From a virus, in IMG/VR virus record IMGVR_UViG_3300016476_000657, positions 6,583 through 70,582 of that record: a stretch of 64,000 bases of DNA. The stretch is one strand, 5' to 3'. Each line of letters begins with the position of its first letter. Position 1 is the first letter of the stretch. Both the position numbers and the translations under genes were made by a program. The notes beneath the pieces are model-generated. The model searched no databases and was not told the origin of the DNA. It saw nothing but the letters and a program-made list of their open reading frames with translations. Below, piece by piece: positions 1 through 9,188 of the stretch.

Positions 1-165
1 GGATATCGTAGTTGGAGGTACAGTATGGTTATCAACGACGGCGTTATTGAAATGATGTGGGTTGAACCAGGCATTGAAGATGACAAAGCTAGCGATCCAT
101 TTTACGTATCAGATGTAGGCACAATGATTAAATGGTTGAAAGAGAACCCACCAGAGAGCGAATAG
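1..165 (+). CDS. Peroxiredoxin (Prx5/redoxin-like), C-terminal part, truncated by window start
   Basis: Frame 1 reads GYRSWRYSMVINDGVIEMMWVEPGIEDDKASDPFYVSDVGTMIKWLKENPPESE*, matching the RSWRY..V.DGVIE...VEPG C-terminus of Prx5-type redoxins; not in ORF track. Confidence 0.7.
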   Translation, partial: GYRSWRYSMVINDGVIEMMWVEPGIEDDKASDPFYVSDVGTMIKWLKENPPESE

Positions 166-797
166 AAATTATTCCATGGGCTGAGTTCCAACAAGGAATA
201 GCACCATTGTGGTATAGTAACAGCCCAAGTACTATTCCTATCTTTAATAACCCTTACGGCATTATTCAGTACGACCAATCCGACTGGGCTAATAAGATAA
301 TTTATTTCCCAGCGAAGTATGTTGTTGATGAAACTACAGTAGGCTACATCAGCATCTATAACCTAAGCGACATGCATATTCGTCCTAGAGGTATATACAT
401 ACTTCCGGAACATAGGGGTAAGGGACTAGGACATCGTATGCAAGAAGCAGCGTGGAATCTATTTCCTAAAACATTTTATCGTGCATTCATTTGGAGTAGA
501 GACGAAAACGTTGAACGGTTTTCCAAGTACTCTAAGATGAATGTAGTCCCAGGAGGATCGAACATATGGAGCGAGTACAGTCAACTTTATATGTTCTTCA
601 TGTACCGTGACAGGCACACTAAACCTACTGATGACGAGTTAACACTTAACCGTGAGTTCTTAGAACAGCACAGACGACAATTTAGCTTTGGCGGACGCAA
701 TAACCTAAATAATAGCTGGGACAAGGACACATGGAGTAAATATTTTAGTAAGCACGAAGGTAACTACATTCAGCTTAATATTAATCTAGACTTTTGA
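132..797 (+). CDS. GNAT-family acetyltransferase-like protein
   Basis: Acetyl-CoA binding motif A: GIYILPEHRGKGLGHRM. Confidence 0.6.
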   Translation: MVEREPTRERIEIIPWAEFQQGIAPLWYSNSPSTIPIFNNPYGIIQYDQSDWANKIIYFPAKYVVDETTVGYISIYNLSDMHIRPRGIYILPEHRGKGLGHRMQEAAWNLFPKTFYRAFIWSRDENVERFSKYSKMNVVPGGSNIWSEYSQLYMFFMYRDRHTKPTDDELTLNREFLEQHRRQFSFGGRNNLNNSWDKDTWSKYFSKHEGNYIQLNINLDF

Positions 798-804
798 GGA
801 AACT

Positions 805-1962
805 ATGAGCTATCCAAACGAACTTGATCCCCGTTGGGACAATAAAACACTAAACTACGATCTTTCGAAACATAACTGGCCTGAGTACTGGTTAAATATT
901 GCAAAGCAAAAGTTTCCTCAGATTACCAGTCTAGAAACTGTTCACGAAATCCTTACCCCACAAGAAATTTCAGAGCTAGGCAAGCATTGTCAGCGAGCAT
1001 GTGACACACCAGAGTTCATTGCAAGAGCAGATGCATATTATAAAGATGCACTAAAGGATCTAGTTGACGATGAGTGGATGGTGCAGCGTAGTTTTACTAT
1101 TCGCATCGTTATTCCAAACCAAGCAAAGGTTGGTAGACTTCTAGCTTTCCACCAAGGCATTTGGGTAGGTAACGGTATTGGTCTCCGTACAATCTGGACA
1201 CCGTTTACCCGTTGCTACGGCAACAACAGTATGCAGATTATGGGCTGGGAAGAAAGTGATGATCTAACTCAGCGTTGCTATAATGAGCAGTGGAGTTACG
1301 ATAAGCTACAAGAAGAATGCAGCAAGCATACTTGGCCAGTTACACTAGAACCAGGACAAGCACACTTATTCCAGCAGCACCACATTCACGGTAACTTTAA
1401 TAATGATACAGAAATTACTCGTTGGAGTATGGACGGTCGTGTACTAGTTAAGGGCGGCTACTATGGTCGTAAGGTACCGGGTGGCTACTTCCGCTTCCCA
1501 GATGAGGAAGAAGATACTCGTCCAGTAGATACAAGCAAGCGTTGGATCAGTTATGCTGGCTGGAACACTAAGTTCAGCAGCCCAATCCCACTACCAATGC
1601 AGCGAGCAATTGTTGATCAATATATTAACAAGCATGGTATTCGTATCAACGATTATCAGTTTGAAAACGAATTCCTAGACTGGCTCCCCGGGCTAGAGAA
1701 GTACATCACTGGTTATAATATCGATGCTATTGTAATGTGCAGCATCTTTAACCTACCTGATGATGCTGATCGTAGATACGAACTGCTTAAGCTAGCTGTA
1801 GACAGCGGTGTAGAACTACACTTTGCCAACGAAGTTTGCAGTGTCCGAGACTACAAGGACATTGAACACATTAAACGTGTATTCGAATTTGTTAACGAAA
1901 ATCCAGACCCTAACTTATTCTTAGGCTTCACAAGCGCAAAGAAGACTGGCTGGACTGTTTAA
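805..1962 (+). CDS. Fe(II)/2-oxoglutarate oxygenase-fold protein (StrG / sporadic carbohydrate cluster type) fused to an LIC12192-like domain; H-x-G metal motif
   Basis: DSBH motifs FHQG...IWTPFTRCYGNNSM...HIHGN...TRWSMDGR; C-terminal domain PLPMQRAIVDQY...IDAIVMCSIFNLPDD...ELHFANE resembles the LIC12192 family. Confidence 0.65.
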   Translation: MSYPNELDPRWDNKTLNYDLSKHNWPEYWLNIAKQKFPQITSLETVHEILTPQEISELGKHCQRACDTPEFIARADAYYKDALKDLVDDEWMVQRSFTIRIVIPNQAKVGRLLAFHQGIWVGNGIGLRTIWTPFTRCYGNNSMQIMGWEESDDLTQRCYNEQWSYDKLQEECSKHTWPVTLEPGQAHLFQQHHIHGNFNNDTEITRWSMDGRVLVKGGYYGRKVPGGYFRFPDEEEDTRPVDTSKRWISYAGWNTKFSSPIPLPMQRAIVDQYINKHGIRINDYQFENEFLDWLPGLEKYITGYNIDAIVMCSIFNLPDDADRRYELLKLAVDSGVELHFANEVCSVRDYKDIEHIKRVFEFVNENPDPNLFLGFTSAKKTGWTV

Positions 1963-2549
1963 TGGCAGCACGTTTTACTCATCCGAGTACCGTTGTAGTA
2001 GCAGCACTGGAAATGGAACTTCCTACCTTTTGGGGTGGGCCAGTGCTGTTTACTGGTGTAGGTAAGGTACGAGCAGCAACAGCACTGTCTAAGTATCTAG
2101 CACTTAATCCGCACATCGAGCGTGTTATTAACTACGGCACAGCAGGAGGCATTAAAGGTGTAACCAAAGGCCACCTTTATCCTGTTAATAAATTTATTGA
2201 GAGTGACTTCCGTAGTTGTGCTATTAACCTTCCGCACAAAGATTTGGTTGAAGTTACACCTTGGATTGCAGGCACAGAGTTCTTCTGTTGCAGTACTCAA
2301 GATCATTTTGTAACAGATCCTACAGAGCTAGATGAAGCACCGTTTGGGGATCAAGTTAATTTAGTTGATATGGAAAGCTACGCCCTAGCTTTTGTTTGCT
2401 TACAACATGGCGTAGAGTTTATTTGCTATAAGTATGTAAGCGACGATGCTGACCATAAAGCTGCTGACGAGTGGATTGAAAATGTTAATGGCGGAGAAGA
2501 TCAGTTCAAAGAGATGTTAACGAAGTACCATGGCTATCAGTGTAATTGA
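1962..2549 (+). CDS. MTA/SAH nucleosidase-like (PNP/UDP phosphorylase superfamily)
   Basis: ALEME, GVGKVRAA, NYGTAGG, VDMESYAL, KYVSDDAD motifs. Confidence 0.8.
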   Translation: MAARFTHPSTVVVAALEMELPTFWGGPVLFTGVGKVRAATALSKYLALNPHIERVINYGTAGGIKGVTKGHLYPVNKFIESDFRSCAINLPHKDLVEVTPWIAGTEFFCCSTQDHFVTDPTELDEAPFGDQVNLVDMESYALAFVCLQHGVEFICYKYVSDDADHKAADEWIENVNGGEDQFKEMLTKYHGYQCN

Positions 2550-2748
2550 TAACATTCTAAACGAAGCTGAATTCAAGCCCGGTGGCATGGTGTGGAAACA
2601 TATTGCTAGTGGTCGTAGCGATCCGCTAGTTGCTGTTCGCAGTGCAGTAGATCGTATGCGTGAGCTACATGACATACCAGACAATCAATTCAATGCAGTA
2701 TGCAATGAAGTGTTAAAAGGAATACAAGCTAAGATAGCTGGATTTTAA
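2530..2748 (+). CDS. Hypothetical protein
   Basis: 72-aa ORF overlapping the upstream gene, with GGAG upstream. Confidence 0.5.
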   Translation: MAISVIDNILNEAEFKPGGMVWKHIASGRSDPLVAVRSAVDRMRELHDIPDNQFNAVCNEVLKGIQAKIAGF

Positions 2749-3476
2749 AGTCCGTATAAGGATTTAGTTGCGTCGTAGTTTTGCGTAACTTCTGCTTGTG
2801 TAAGAACTTTATTATAAAGTCTTATCACTCCTAGTTTACCTTGGAATGCCGCACCATTAGCAAATTTTGTAGTATCGCTGTTACCAAAATTTAGATACCA
2901 CCCCGGCGAGGGAGTAGTCCAAGCGATAGCAGTATCACTAGATTTAACCTTATTCAAATAAGCATAAGCAGTATTTGATCCGTTATAGACTCTGACCAGC
3001 TGGTACCAGTTGTTGAGCGTGGGGATACCTCCGCCTACTCTAGTAACGCCTGCACTACTCCATAACATAGCGTTAACATTGTAGAATGGCCCTGTCTGGT
3101 AGACTTCTAAACCTGTACTATGATAACCTGTGTTAGTAGGACCAGAGCCAGTGTCACTAAACACCGCACCACCAGCACTGGGGCTGAACCATACTTCTAA
3201 ACTGTGCTGCCAGCCACTATACAAGGTAGCTAAGTTGCCTGTTTGAATACTCTGTGAGCCGGTAAATGTAAACCAATTGCCTGCATCTGTAGGGCTACCT
3301 GATAACGTGGCATTAACACCGCTGGGTGATAAGTCGTATAAGGTAGTACCACTACCCGGATAACTTGTGTTATTACTTGGATCGTAATACAGCTCTAAAC
3401 CTGATGTGACACTATTGTCAACTCTAGTGTTATCAACAACTGTAACGCCTTTGAGTGCTACGCCTTGTATAAACAT
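2745..3476 (-). CDS. LamG/concanavalin A-like lectin domain virion protein
   Basis: GLELYYDPSNNTSYPGSGTTLYDLS N-terminus and FQGKLGVIRLYNKVLTQAEVTQNY C-terminus typical of phage LamG proteins. Confidence 0.75.
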   Translation of the reverse strand: MFIQGVALKGVTVVDNTRVDNSVTSGLELYYDPSNNTSYPGSGTTLYDLSPSGVNATLSGSPTDAGNWFTFTGSQSIQTGNLATLYSGWQHSLEVWFSPSAGGAVFSDTGSGPTNTGYHSTGLEVYQTGPFYNVNAMLWSSAGVTRVGGGIPTLNNWYQLVRVYNGSNTAYAYLNKVKSSDTAIAWTTPSPGWYLNFGNSDTTKFANGAAFQGKLGVIRLYNKVLTQAEVTQNYDATKSLYGL

Positions 3477-5383
3477 TAGATTAATCTTTCAATGCTGATC
3501 ATGTTGTTGTTGAAGCTAGCACCTATCTGTAATGTAATACGATAGCATCTACTGTTTGTAGTATCTGTTAGTACATAAGTCGATAAATCGCCGGATACTG
3601 TAAAGCCCCAACCAAATATTGAACCAGTTGCTGTTGTTGTCAGTGTTTGTCCTGCTGCTACTGATGCACCAGGTCCACCCGAAAGAGCAAAGTTGCCAGC
3701 TATGTTGTAAGAGAATGTTCCGGATACTGTTGCTAAACTTAATCCGCGAGGTGCGCTTGAAGTAACAGTTGCTTTGATATTGTCCATTGTGACAAATGTG
3801 CCAGCATTAACAAATGCACTCACACGATTGTTTAGTAATGTGCCTACACCTGTTGCTGCCTGGCTCAAATCAATATATACACCTTTAGTGCTGCCATCAA
3901 AGATTCTAACTCTATCTTGATATACATCTAATTTTACACGATCTACTAAAGTAGTGTTGGCAGTAGGAATTGCAAAATTGATCTCACCACCTTCGCTGCC
4001 GCCAACAGCAGGCAAGGTCAGCACACCAGTGTTATCAAAAGTAGCAGTATAACTTCCAGCAACCAGCGAAACGTTTTGACTTGTACCTACAATATTTCCT
4101 GCAACACTTACAGTTACATTTGTAAGAGCACTACCGTCACCAACAAATTTACCTGTTGAAATAACGTTACCACCACTTATATTACCTGTAGTTATTAGTG
4201 TATTTGATCCAAAACTACTTAGTAAGGTTACAACATCAGTATTGCTGTAATTGCTTAAACTAGCATCAGCAGGTGTAAATGTAAAAACACCAGTAGTGTT
4301 ATCATAAGATAAGCTACCGTTACCGCTTGGACTGTTTGAAGCAACACTTATATCTGCTAGGGATATACCACCAGCGCCTAGTACACTTGTACCTGAGCTG
4401 TTCTTAATGTCGCCACTTGCTGGTAATATTAAATCACCGTTACTAGCAAACTTCCAGGTTTTATCACCATTATTGGATTTTAGATAAACATCGTTGAGGC
4501 CTTCATATGACATGCCCAGTGAACCGGCATCGTCAACTGGTCGAATATAACCGTAATCATTACCTGCTGTATAATTATAAAAAATCGCTAAGCCGCCATC
4601 GGTATATCGCAATTCCCATGTGTAAGTATTTGCGGCAAAGTCATGTCCGGTTCTAAATCTAATGTCGTCGCTAGCTCGTAAGTGAACATCATCATCCAGC
4701 GCATCTAGAAATAAATCATCTATTGCCTTAACATACATATCTTCGTTGGTAAGACCAGATACAGTTAATGTAGTATCTGTAAATACAAACTCGCCTACGT
4801 TGGCTGCATTGCCGCCACCTGAGCCATAATTGATTGCACCACCATTTACAACTGGACCGTCAACAACACTTACTAGAACAGTACCAGCACCTTGTGTAGC
4901 ACCAGCTGGTGTTACATAAATGTTCAGTGTACTGTTGCTGGCAAACTCAACTACGTTAACTGTTTGATATGTACCAGCAACTTCAATTTCCGCATAACTG
5001 TCGCTCATCAACAAACTGTTATCTGAACTATCGCCAACTGTTACTATTGCAGCAGGATCATCAAATGCTGTTGTGACTTCAAATGTGGTAATGATTGTTT
5101 TTGTACCGTAGCTGATGTTTCCAAGTAGAATTGGACTGCTGTCGTTGTAGTTAACATTGGCTAAGAACGTAGCTTCTGTATAAACTGCATCTAATTGAGA
5201 TTTTGTAATAAAGTGTGTGCCGCTGGTAGCGTTTGCACCACTCATATTTGTTAACGTTGCTGCGTCTTGTAGTGTGACACTGAAACTATCTGTATCAGCG
5301 TTGCCTACAAGAACAGGACCTTGCTTGCCCAATTGCAGTGTACGATGTACGCCACTTAGACCATAATTTTTGACTTCAGCCAC
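3476..5383 (-). CDS. Virion structural / fibre-like protein
   Basis: Gly/Thr/Ser-rich, GTG start with AGGAG RBS, late-promoter box upstream; N-terminus paralogous to 55308..59276; shares SPSGNGSLSY.NTTGVFTFTPA module with 49987..53205. Confidence 0.6.
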   Translation of the reverse strand: MAEVKNYGLSGVHRTLQLGKQGPVLVGNADTDSFSVTLQDAATLTNMSGANATSGTHFITKSQLDAVYTEATFLANVNYNDSSPILLGNISYGTKTIITTFEVTTAFDDPAAIVTVGDSSDNSLLMSDSYAEIEVAGTYQTVNVVEFASNSTLNIYVTPAGATQGAGTVLVSVVDGPVVNGGAINYGSGGGNAANVGEFVFTDTTLTVSGLTNEDMYVKAIDDLFLDALDDDVHLRASDDIRFRTGHDFAANTYTWELRYTDGGLAIFYNYTAGNDYGYIRPVDDAGSLGMSYEGLNDVYLKSNNGDKTWKFASNGDLILPASGDIKNSSGTSVLGAGGISLADISVASNSPSGNGSLSYDNTTGVFTFTPADASLSNYSNTDVVTLLSSFGSNTLITTGNISGGNVISTGKFVGDGSALTNVTVSVAGNIVGTSQNVSLVAGSYTATFDNTGVLTLPAVGGSEGGEINFAIPTANTTLVDRVKLDVYQDRVRIFDGSTKGVYIDLSQAATGVGTLLNNRVSAFVNAGTFVTMDNIKATVTSSAPRGLSLATVSGTFSYNIAGNFALSGGPGASVAAGQTLTTTATGSIFGWGFTVSGDLSTYVLTDTTNSRCYRITLQIGASFNNNMISIERLI

Positions 5384-5414
5384 GGCTACTCCTAAAGAAT
5401 CCTACCATTAGTTA

Positions 5415-5422
5415 TATTTATC
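5415..5422 (-). promoter_or_regulatory. T4-late-like promoter box GATAAATA
   Basis: Exact 8-mer on the minus strand just upstream of the 3476..5383 structural gene. Confidence 0.6.
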
Positions 5423-5423
5423 A

Positions 5424-5452
5424 TTGACACACCAAAATAAATATGCTACAAT
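5424..5452 (+). promoter_or_regulatory. Sigma70-type promoter
   Basis: TTGACA-17-TACAAT with TG extension. Confidence 0.7.
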
Positions 5453-5483
5453 AACACACATAATACAGAAGAATAGGTAAAAA

Positions 5484-6245
5484 ATGGAACTAAAAACCGA
5501 ACAGAGTGGGTATCTTGTGCTTGGAGATGTCCACGCGGTTTATACACCTTTTGCACGAGCAGTGGAATATGCAGTAGCTAACGATCTTACAATTGTTGCT
5601 GTAGGCGATCTAGTCGACAACGGTAATGAGGGCGACATGGTAGTTGATGCCATGTTAGAACTTATTTTTGCTGAACAAGCATATGCTATTTGGGGCAATC
5701 ACGAATGGAAGGTTCGACGCTGGTTGGCTGATAACTCGACACCAGTTGGCTGGCCCAGCAAAATTACTATCAGTCAATTTCACGATGATCGTCAATTTCA
5801 ACAGGCATTTCTAGAATTATGCAACAGACTTCACGACTTTGTCAGCTTCACAATTAATGGACGCAGTTACTTTGTGGCTCACGCAGGTTTTCATCCTCGA
5901 TTCTGGGAGGGTGAACTTAATGATGAAGTATTGAGCACATTTAGAAATGGTATGGCGGACTATTCTAAACAGTACGATTGGAAAGGCCAGATTTACCCTC
6001 TTAGAGTATACGACTGGACTGAATATGTGCCAGAAGGAGTAACTGTTTTTGTAGGTCATGATCCTACTCCTCTGAAGCCTGAGCCAATCTGGGATCAGTT
6101 TCAAGCTCGTCCTACAGTTGTAACTAACCATCAAAATGGTACATCAGTATTCCTAGATTGCGGCAGCGGAAAAGGCGGAGACCTTTGGGGTGCTGTGATC
6201 ATGAACGATTCAGACTCAATCGAATATGTAAACTTTGGAAGGTAA
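5484..6245 (+). CDS. Calcineurin-like metallophosphoesterase (PrpE/ApaH/Ser-Thr phosphatase type)
   Basis: GDVHA, GDLVDNG, GNHE, HAG, VGHD and LDCGSGKGG motifs. Confidence 0.85.
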   Translation: MELKTEQSGYLVLGDVHAVYTPFARAVEYAVANDLTIVAVGDLVDNGNEGDMVVDAMLELIFAEQAYAIWGNHEWKVRRWLADNSTPVGWPSKITISQFHDDRQFQQAFLELCNRLHDFVSFTINGRSYFVAHAGFHPRFWEGELNDEVLSTFRNGMADYSKQYDWKGQIYPLRVYDWTEYVPEGVTVFVGHDPTPLKPEPIWDQFQARPTVVTNHQNGTSVFLDCGSGKGGDLWGAVIMNDSDSIEYVNFGR

Positions 6246-6251
6246 AACACA

Positions 6252-6476
6252 ATGGCTAGAATCGAAACTTATGTTGAAGTAGATGTTGACCTAGACGAGT
6301 TCGATGACGACGAACTGCTGGAAGAAATCGAACGCAGGAATCTATCGATAAGCGATGCAAGCCCAGCTGAGGCTCGTAGACTACTAGAAGATATCTATTA
6401 TAAGCGTGTGATGGACAAGGACTATACAGTTGAACTAGATCGTTACTTTTATCTAACACTGGGGAGAGTTGCATAA
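6252..6476 (+). CDS. Hypothetical acidic protein
   Basis: 74-aa ORF in operon. Confidence 0.6.
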   Translation: MARIETYVEVDVDLDEFDDDELLEEIERRNLSISDASPAEARRLLEDIYYKRVMDKDYTVELDRYFYLTLGRVA

Positions 6477-6583
6477 TGTCAGGTTTGTTTATTGTTTTTG
6501 TTGCATGGGTATGCAACAAGGAAATCAAAGAATGGTTTTCATCAGCTATTGCAGAAGGCATTCGCCGCAGTAAGGAATCATAA
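6476..6583 (+). CDS. Small hypothetical membrane peptide (35 aa)
   Basis: TAATG overlaps at both ends; MSGLFIVFVAWVCNKEIKEWFSSAIAEGIRRSKES. Confidence 0.5.
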   Translation: MSGLFIVFVAWVCNKEIKEWFSSAIAEGIRRSKES

Positions 6584-6885
6584 TGGCTTATTGGATGTAT
6601 CGAACTCGTGACGGAATGGGTGACAGCGGCACTATGAGCATGGCGCTACTTCCTACATATGATGAGAATGGTAAGGTGGTAGATGTACAGTATATTAACA
6701 ATGCACGGCCACAAGTTGGTTATGTGATGCGTGTAGGCAGCGGTTATGCACGTAGCTACTCTGCACAGGATTGGTGGCAGACCACAGTAATCACAGAAAT
6801 ACTAGAGGATACAGTCAATGGGGACGGCAGCGAATATGTACGCTTCAAAACAGGCAACAGCATATACGAGTGGCGCAAAGATTAA
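6583..6885 (+). CDS. Hypothetical protein
   Basis: 100-aa ORF coupled by TAATG. Confidence 0.6.
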   Translation: MAYWMYRTRDGMGDSGTMSMALLPTYDENGKVVDVQYINNARPQVGYVMRVGSGYARSYSAQDWWQTTVITEILEDTVNGDGSEYVRFKTGNSIYEWRKD

Positions 6886-6952
6886 CCGGGTAACTGCAAT
6901 AGGCGGTGGTGTTCCCGGACCTAAACGAAAGAAACAAAAAGGAACAAACAGA

Positions 6953-7237
6953 ATGTTTAAGTGGTTTGCAAAAAAGATTCGCAATGCAATTCGTGAAATG
7001 GATAGCGAGTACGAAGCCGAGCTAGTACCAAGTCGTGATACTATTACTCGCGAACGCAGTAGCGACGAACGTATCACACTGCGTCTAGAAAAAGCTATTG
7101 GTGGACATATTGTAACTGTGAGCAAGTACAATGGTAAGATTGATCGGCACCGCGAGAACACTTATCTAATTCGCGACGACGATAATCTAGAAGAAGCACT
7201 AACAGGTGTATTCATTCAAGAAAAAATTTCACAATGA
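6953..7237 (+). CDS. Hypothetical protein
   Basis: Start at MFKWFAKK preferred over 6818, which overlaps the previous gene and an intergenic hairpin. Confidence 0.55.
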   Translation: MFKWFAKKIRNAIREMDSEYEAELVPSRDTITRERSSDERITLRLEKAIGGHIVTVSKYNGKIDRHRENTYLIRDDDNLEEALTGVFIQEKISQ

Positions 7238-7593
7238 TTCAAAATATTTCAGGCGGCCCGGGCATTGTAGTACATGGCGGAGGCGCATATCCAGTTTATC
7301 TAAATTCTTCAACACCGGGCAATCCTGCCAGCGGTGAAGTACGCTATAACAACGGTCAGCTCGAAGTTTGGGATGGCAGCAGTTGGCGACAAGTGAGTCA
7401 GGGCTATACTAACATCAGTTTAGAAAATGAACTTTATGAAGCTCTACAGTGGGCTAGAAAAAAGATGCAGGAAGAACAAGAACTTGAAGCATTAGCCAAA
7501 GAGTATCCTATTCTCGAGGATGCTATGCGTGATCTAGAAGTAATTAAAGTTCTTGTAAAGGGCAAGCGTAACAATGATATTCAACAAAGTTAA
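7234..7593 (+). CDS. Hypothetical protein
   Basis: ATGA overlap; GEVRYNNGQLEVWDGSSW motif plus coiled-coil tail. Confidence 0.6.
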   Translation: MIQNISGGPGIVVHGGGAYPVYLNSSTPGNPASGEVRYNNGQLEVWDGSSWRQVSQGYTNISLENELYEALQWARKKMQEEQELEALAKEYPILEDAMRDLEVIKVLVKGKRNNDIQQS

Positions 7594-8053
7594 ACAACTA
7601 AAGAACGAAGGTAAAACTATTGGTATTACCTTTAGCACCTTTGATCTTTTTCACGCAGGGCATATTGCTATGCTAAGTGAAGCAAAGAACTTCTGCGATT
7701 ATCTAATTGTGGGACTGCAAACAGATCCTACAATTGATCGTCCTGATTCAAAGAACCCTCCAGTACAGAGCATTCTAGAGAGACAGATACAAGTTAGTGC
7801 TTGCCGTTTTGTAGATGAGATTGTTGTATACCAAACCGAAAAGGATTTGGAAGACATTCTACTAACACTGCCTATCGATGTTCGTATCCTGGGCATTGAG
7901 TATGCTGACAAAGACTTTACTGGACGCAACATCTGTGATAGAAAAGGCATTGAACTAATATTCAACAGCCGAGACCATAGCTTTAGTAGTAGCAATCTGC
8001 GGCAGCGTGTTTGGGGAGCAGAAAATATCAAACGTGAACGCAAAAGTAATTGA
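7574..8053 (+). CDS. Cytidylyltransferase (TagD/glycerol-3-phosphate cytidylyltransferase-like)
   Basis: FDLFHAGH (HxGH), IVGLQTDP, RDHSFSSSNLR. Confidence 0.85.
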   Translation: MIFNKVKQLKNEGKTIGITFSTFDLFHAGHIAMLSEAKNFCDYLIVGLQTDPTIDRPDSKNPPVQSILERQIQVSACRFVDEIVVYQTEKDLEDILLTLPIDVRILGIEYADKDFTGRNICDRKGIELIFNSRDHSFSSSNLRQRVWGAENIKRERKSN

Positions 8054-8078
8054 CACAATACCATAATTCGTATATACT
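8050..8078 (+). promoter_or_regulatory. Sigma70-type promoter
   Basis: TTGACA-17-TATACT. Confidence 0.7.
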
Positions 8079-8111
8079 AAAGACATAGTAACACAGAGTA
8101 AGGATTTAAAA

Positions 8112-9185
8112 GTGACGTACTTTCTTAAGAATGGCAGCAGCTATCGTGTAGCAACCGAAGAATCACTAGACATTCACGAGCAGCTACCAGCCGGAAACTT
8201 TATCGTAAAGGAAGATGCATTCGGCAACCTTTACCTAGAACATATCGGCAGCTTCACTCCGTTAAGCCGTTACTACGGCGATACACTACGCAACTCAGAT
8301 CGTATCCTTCGTACCTTTATGGACCGCGACAACAGCACTGGCGTTATGCTGACTGGTGAGAAGGGATCTGGTAAGACTCTGCTAGCAAAGAACCTTTGCA
8401 TTGAAGGTGCAAAGATGGGTATGCCTACTATTGTTATTAACGATAGCTGGCATGGCGACAAGTTCAACAAGCTAATCCAAGATATCAGTCAGCCTTGCAT
8501 TGTTCTGTTTGACGAGTTTGAAAAGGTGTATGACAGCCAGGAACAGGAGAGCATCCTTACACTGCTAGACGGTGTATTCCCTTCAAAGAAGCTGTTCGTT
8601 CTAACTTGTAATGACAAGTGGCGCATTGATCGTCATATGCGTAATCGTCCTGGTCGTATCTTTTACATGCTAGACTTTAAGGGTCTATCAGCAGAGTTTA
8701 TTACTGAATACTGCGAAGAGAACCTTAACGAAAAGAAGTACATTCCTCAGGTCTGTAAGATTGCAGCACTGTTCACTGAGTTTAACTTTGATATGCTTAA
8801 GGCCCTAGTTGAAGATATGAACCGCTACAACGAAAGTCCACAGGAAGCAATGGAAATCCTAAACGCAAAGCCTGAGTATGATCAGGAAAGCAGCAGCAGT
8901 AAGTTTAAGATTGAGCTCGTAGTAGACAAGAAGCCAATCAAGGAAACCAAGCTCTACGATAAGTTCTGGAAGACCAACCCTCTAAGCCATCGTGTTATTA
9001 ATATTGAGTACGAACTTGATACTGACACAGACAGCGATGAATATCGTACTGCACAGTTTGAACCAACTGACCTACGCAACATTAACGGCGACACTGGCGA
9101 GTTCACGTACATTAATAGCCGCGGCGATACGCTAAAGCTAACTCGCGAGCGTCCAGAAGCCTTCAACTACTGGAAGGCGTTTTGA
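8112..9185 (+). CDS. AAA+ ATPase
   Basis: Walker A GEKGSGKT, Walker B LFDEFEK, RPGRIFY sensor region. Confidence 0.85.
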   Translation: MTYFLKNGSSYRVATEESLDIHEQLPAGNFIVKEDAFGNLYLEHIGSFTPLSRYYGDTLRNSDRILRTFMDRDNSTGVMLTGEKGSGKTLLAKNLCIEGAKMGMPTIVINDSWHGDKFNKLIQDISQPCIVLFDEFEKVYDSQEQESILTLLDGVFPSKKLFVLTCNDKWRIDRHMRNRPGRIFYMLDFKGLSAEFITEYCEENLNEKKYIPQVCKIAALFTEFNFDMLKALVEDMNRYNESPQEAMEILNAKPEYDQESSSSKFKIELVVDKKPIKETKLYDKFWKTNPLSHRVINIEYELDTDTDSDEYRTAQFEPTDLRNINGDTGEFTYINSRGDTLKLTRERPEAFNYWKAF

Positions 9186-9188
9186 TCT

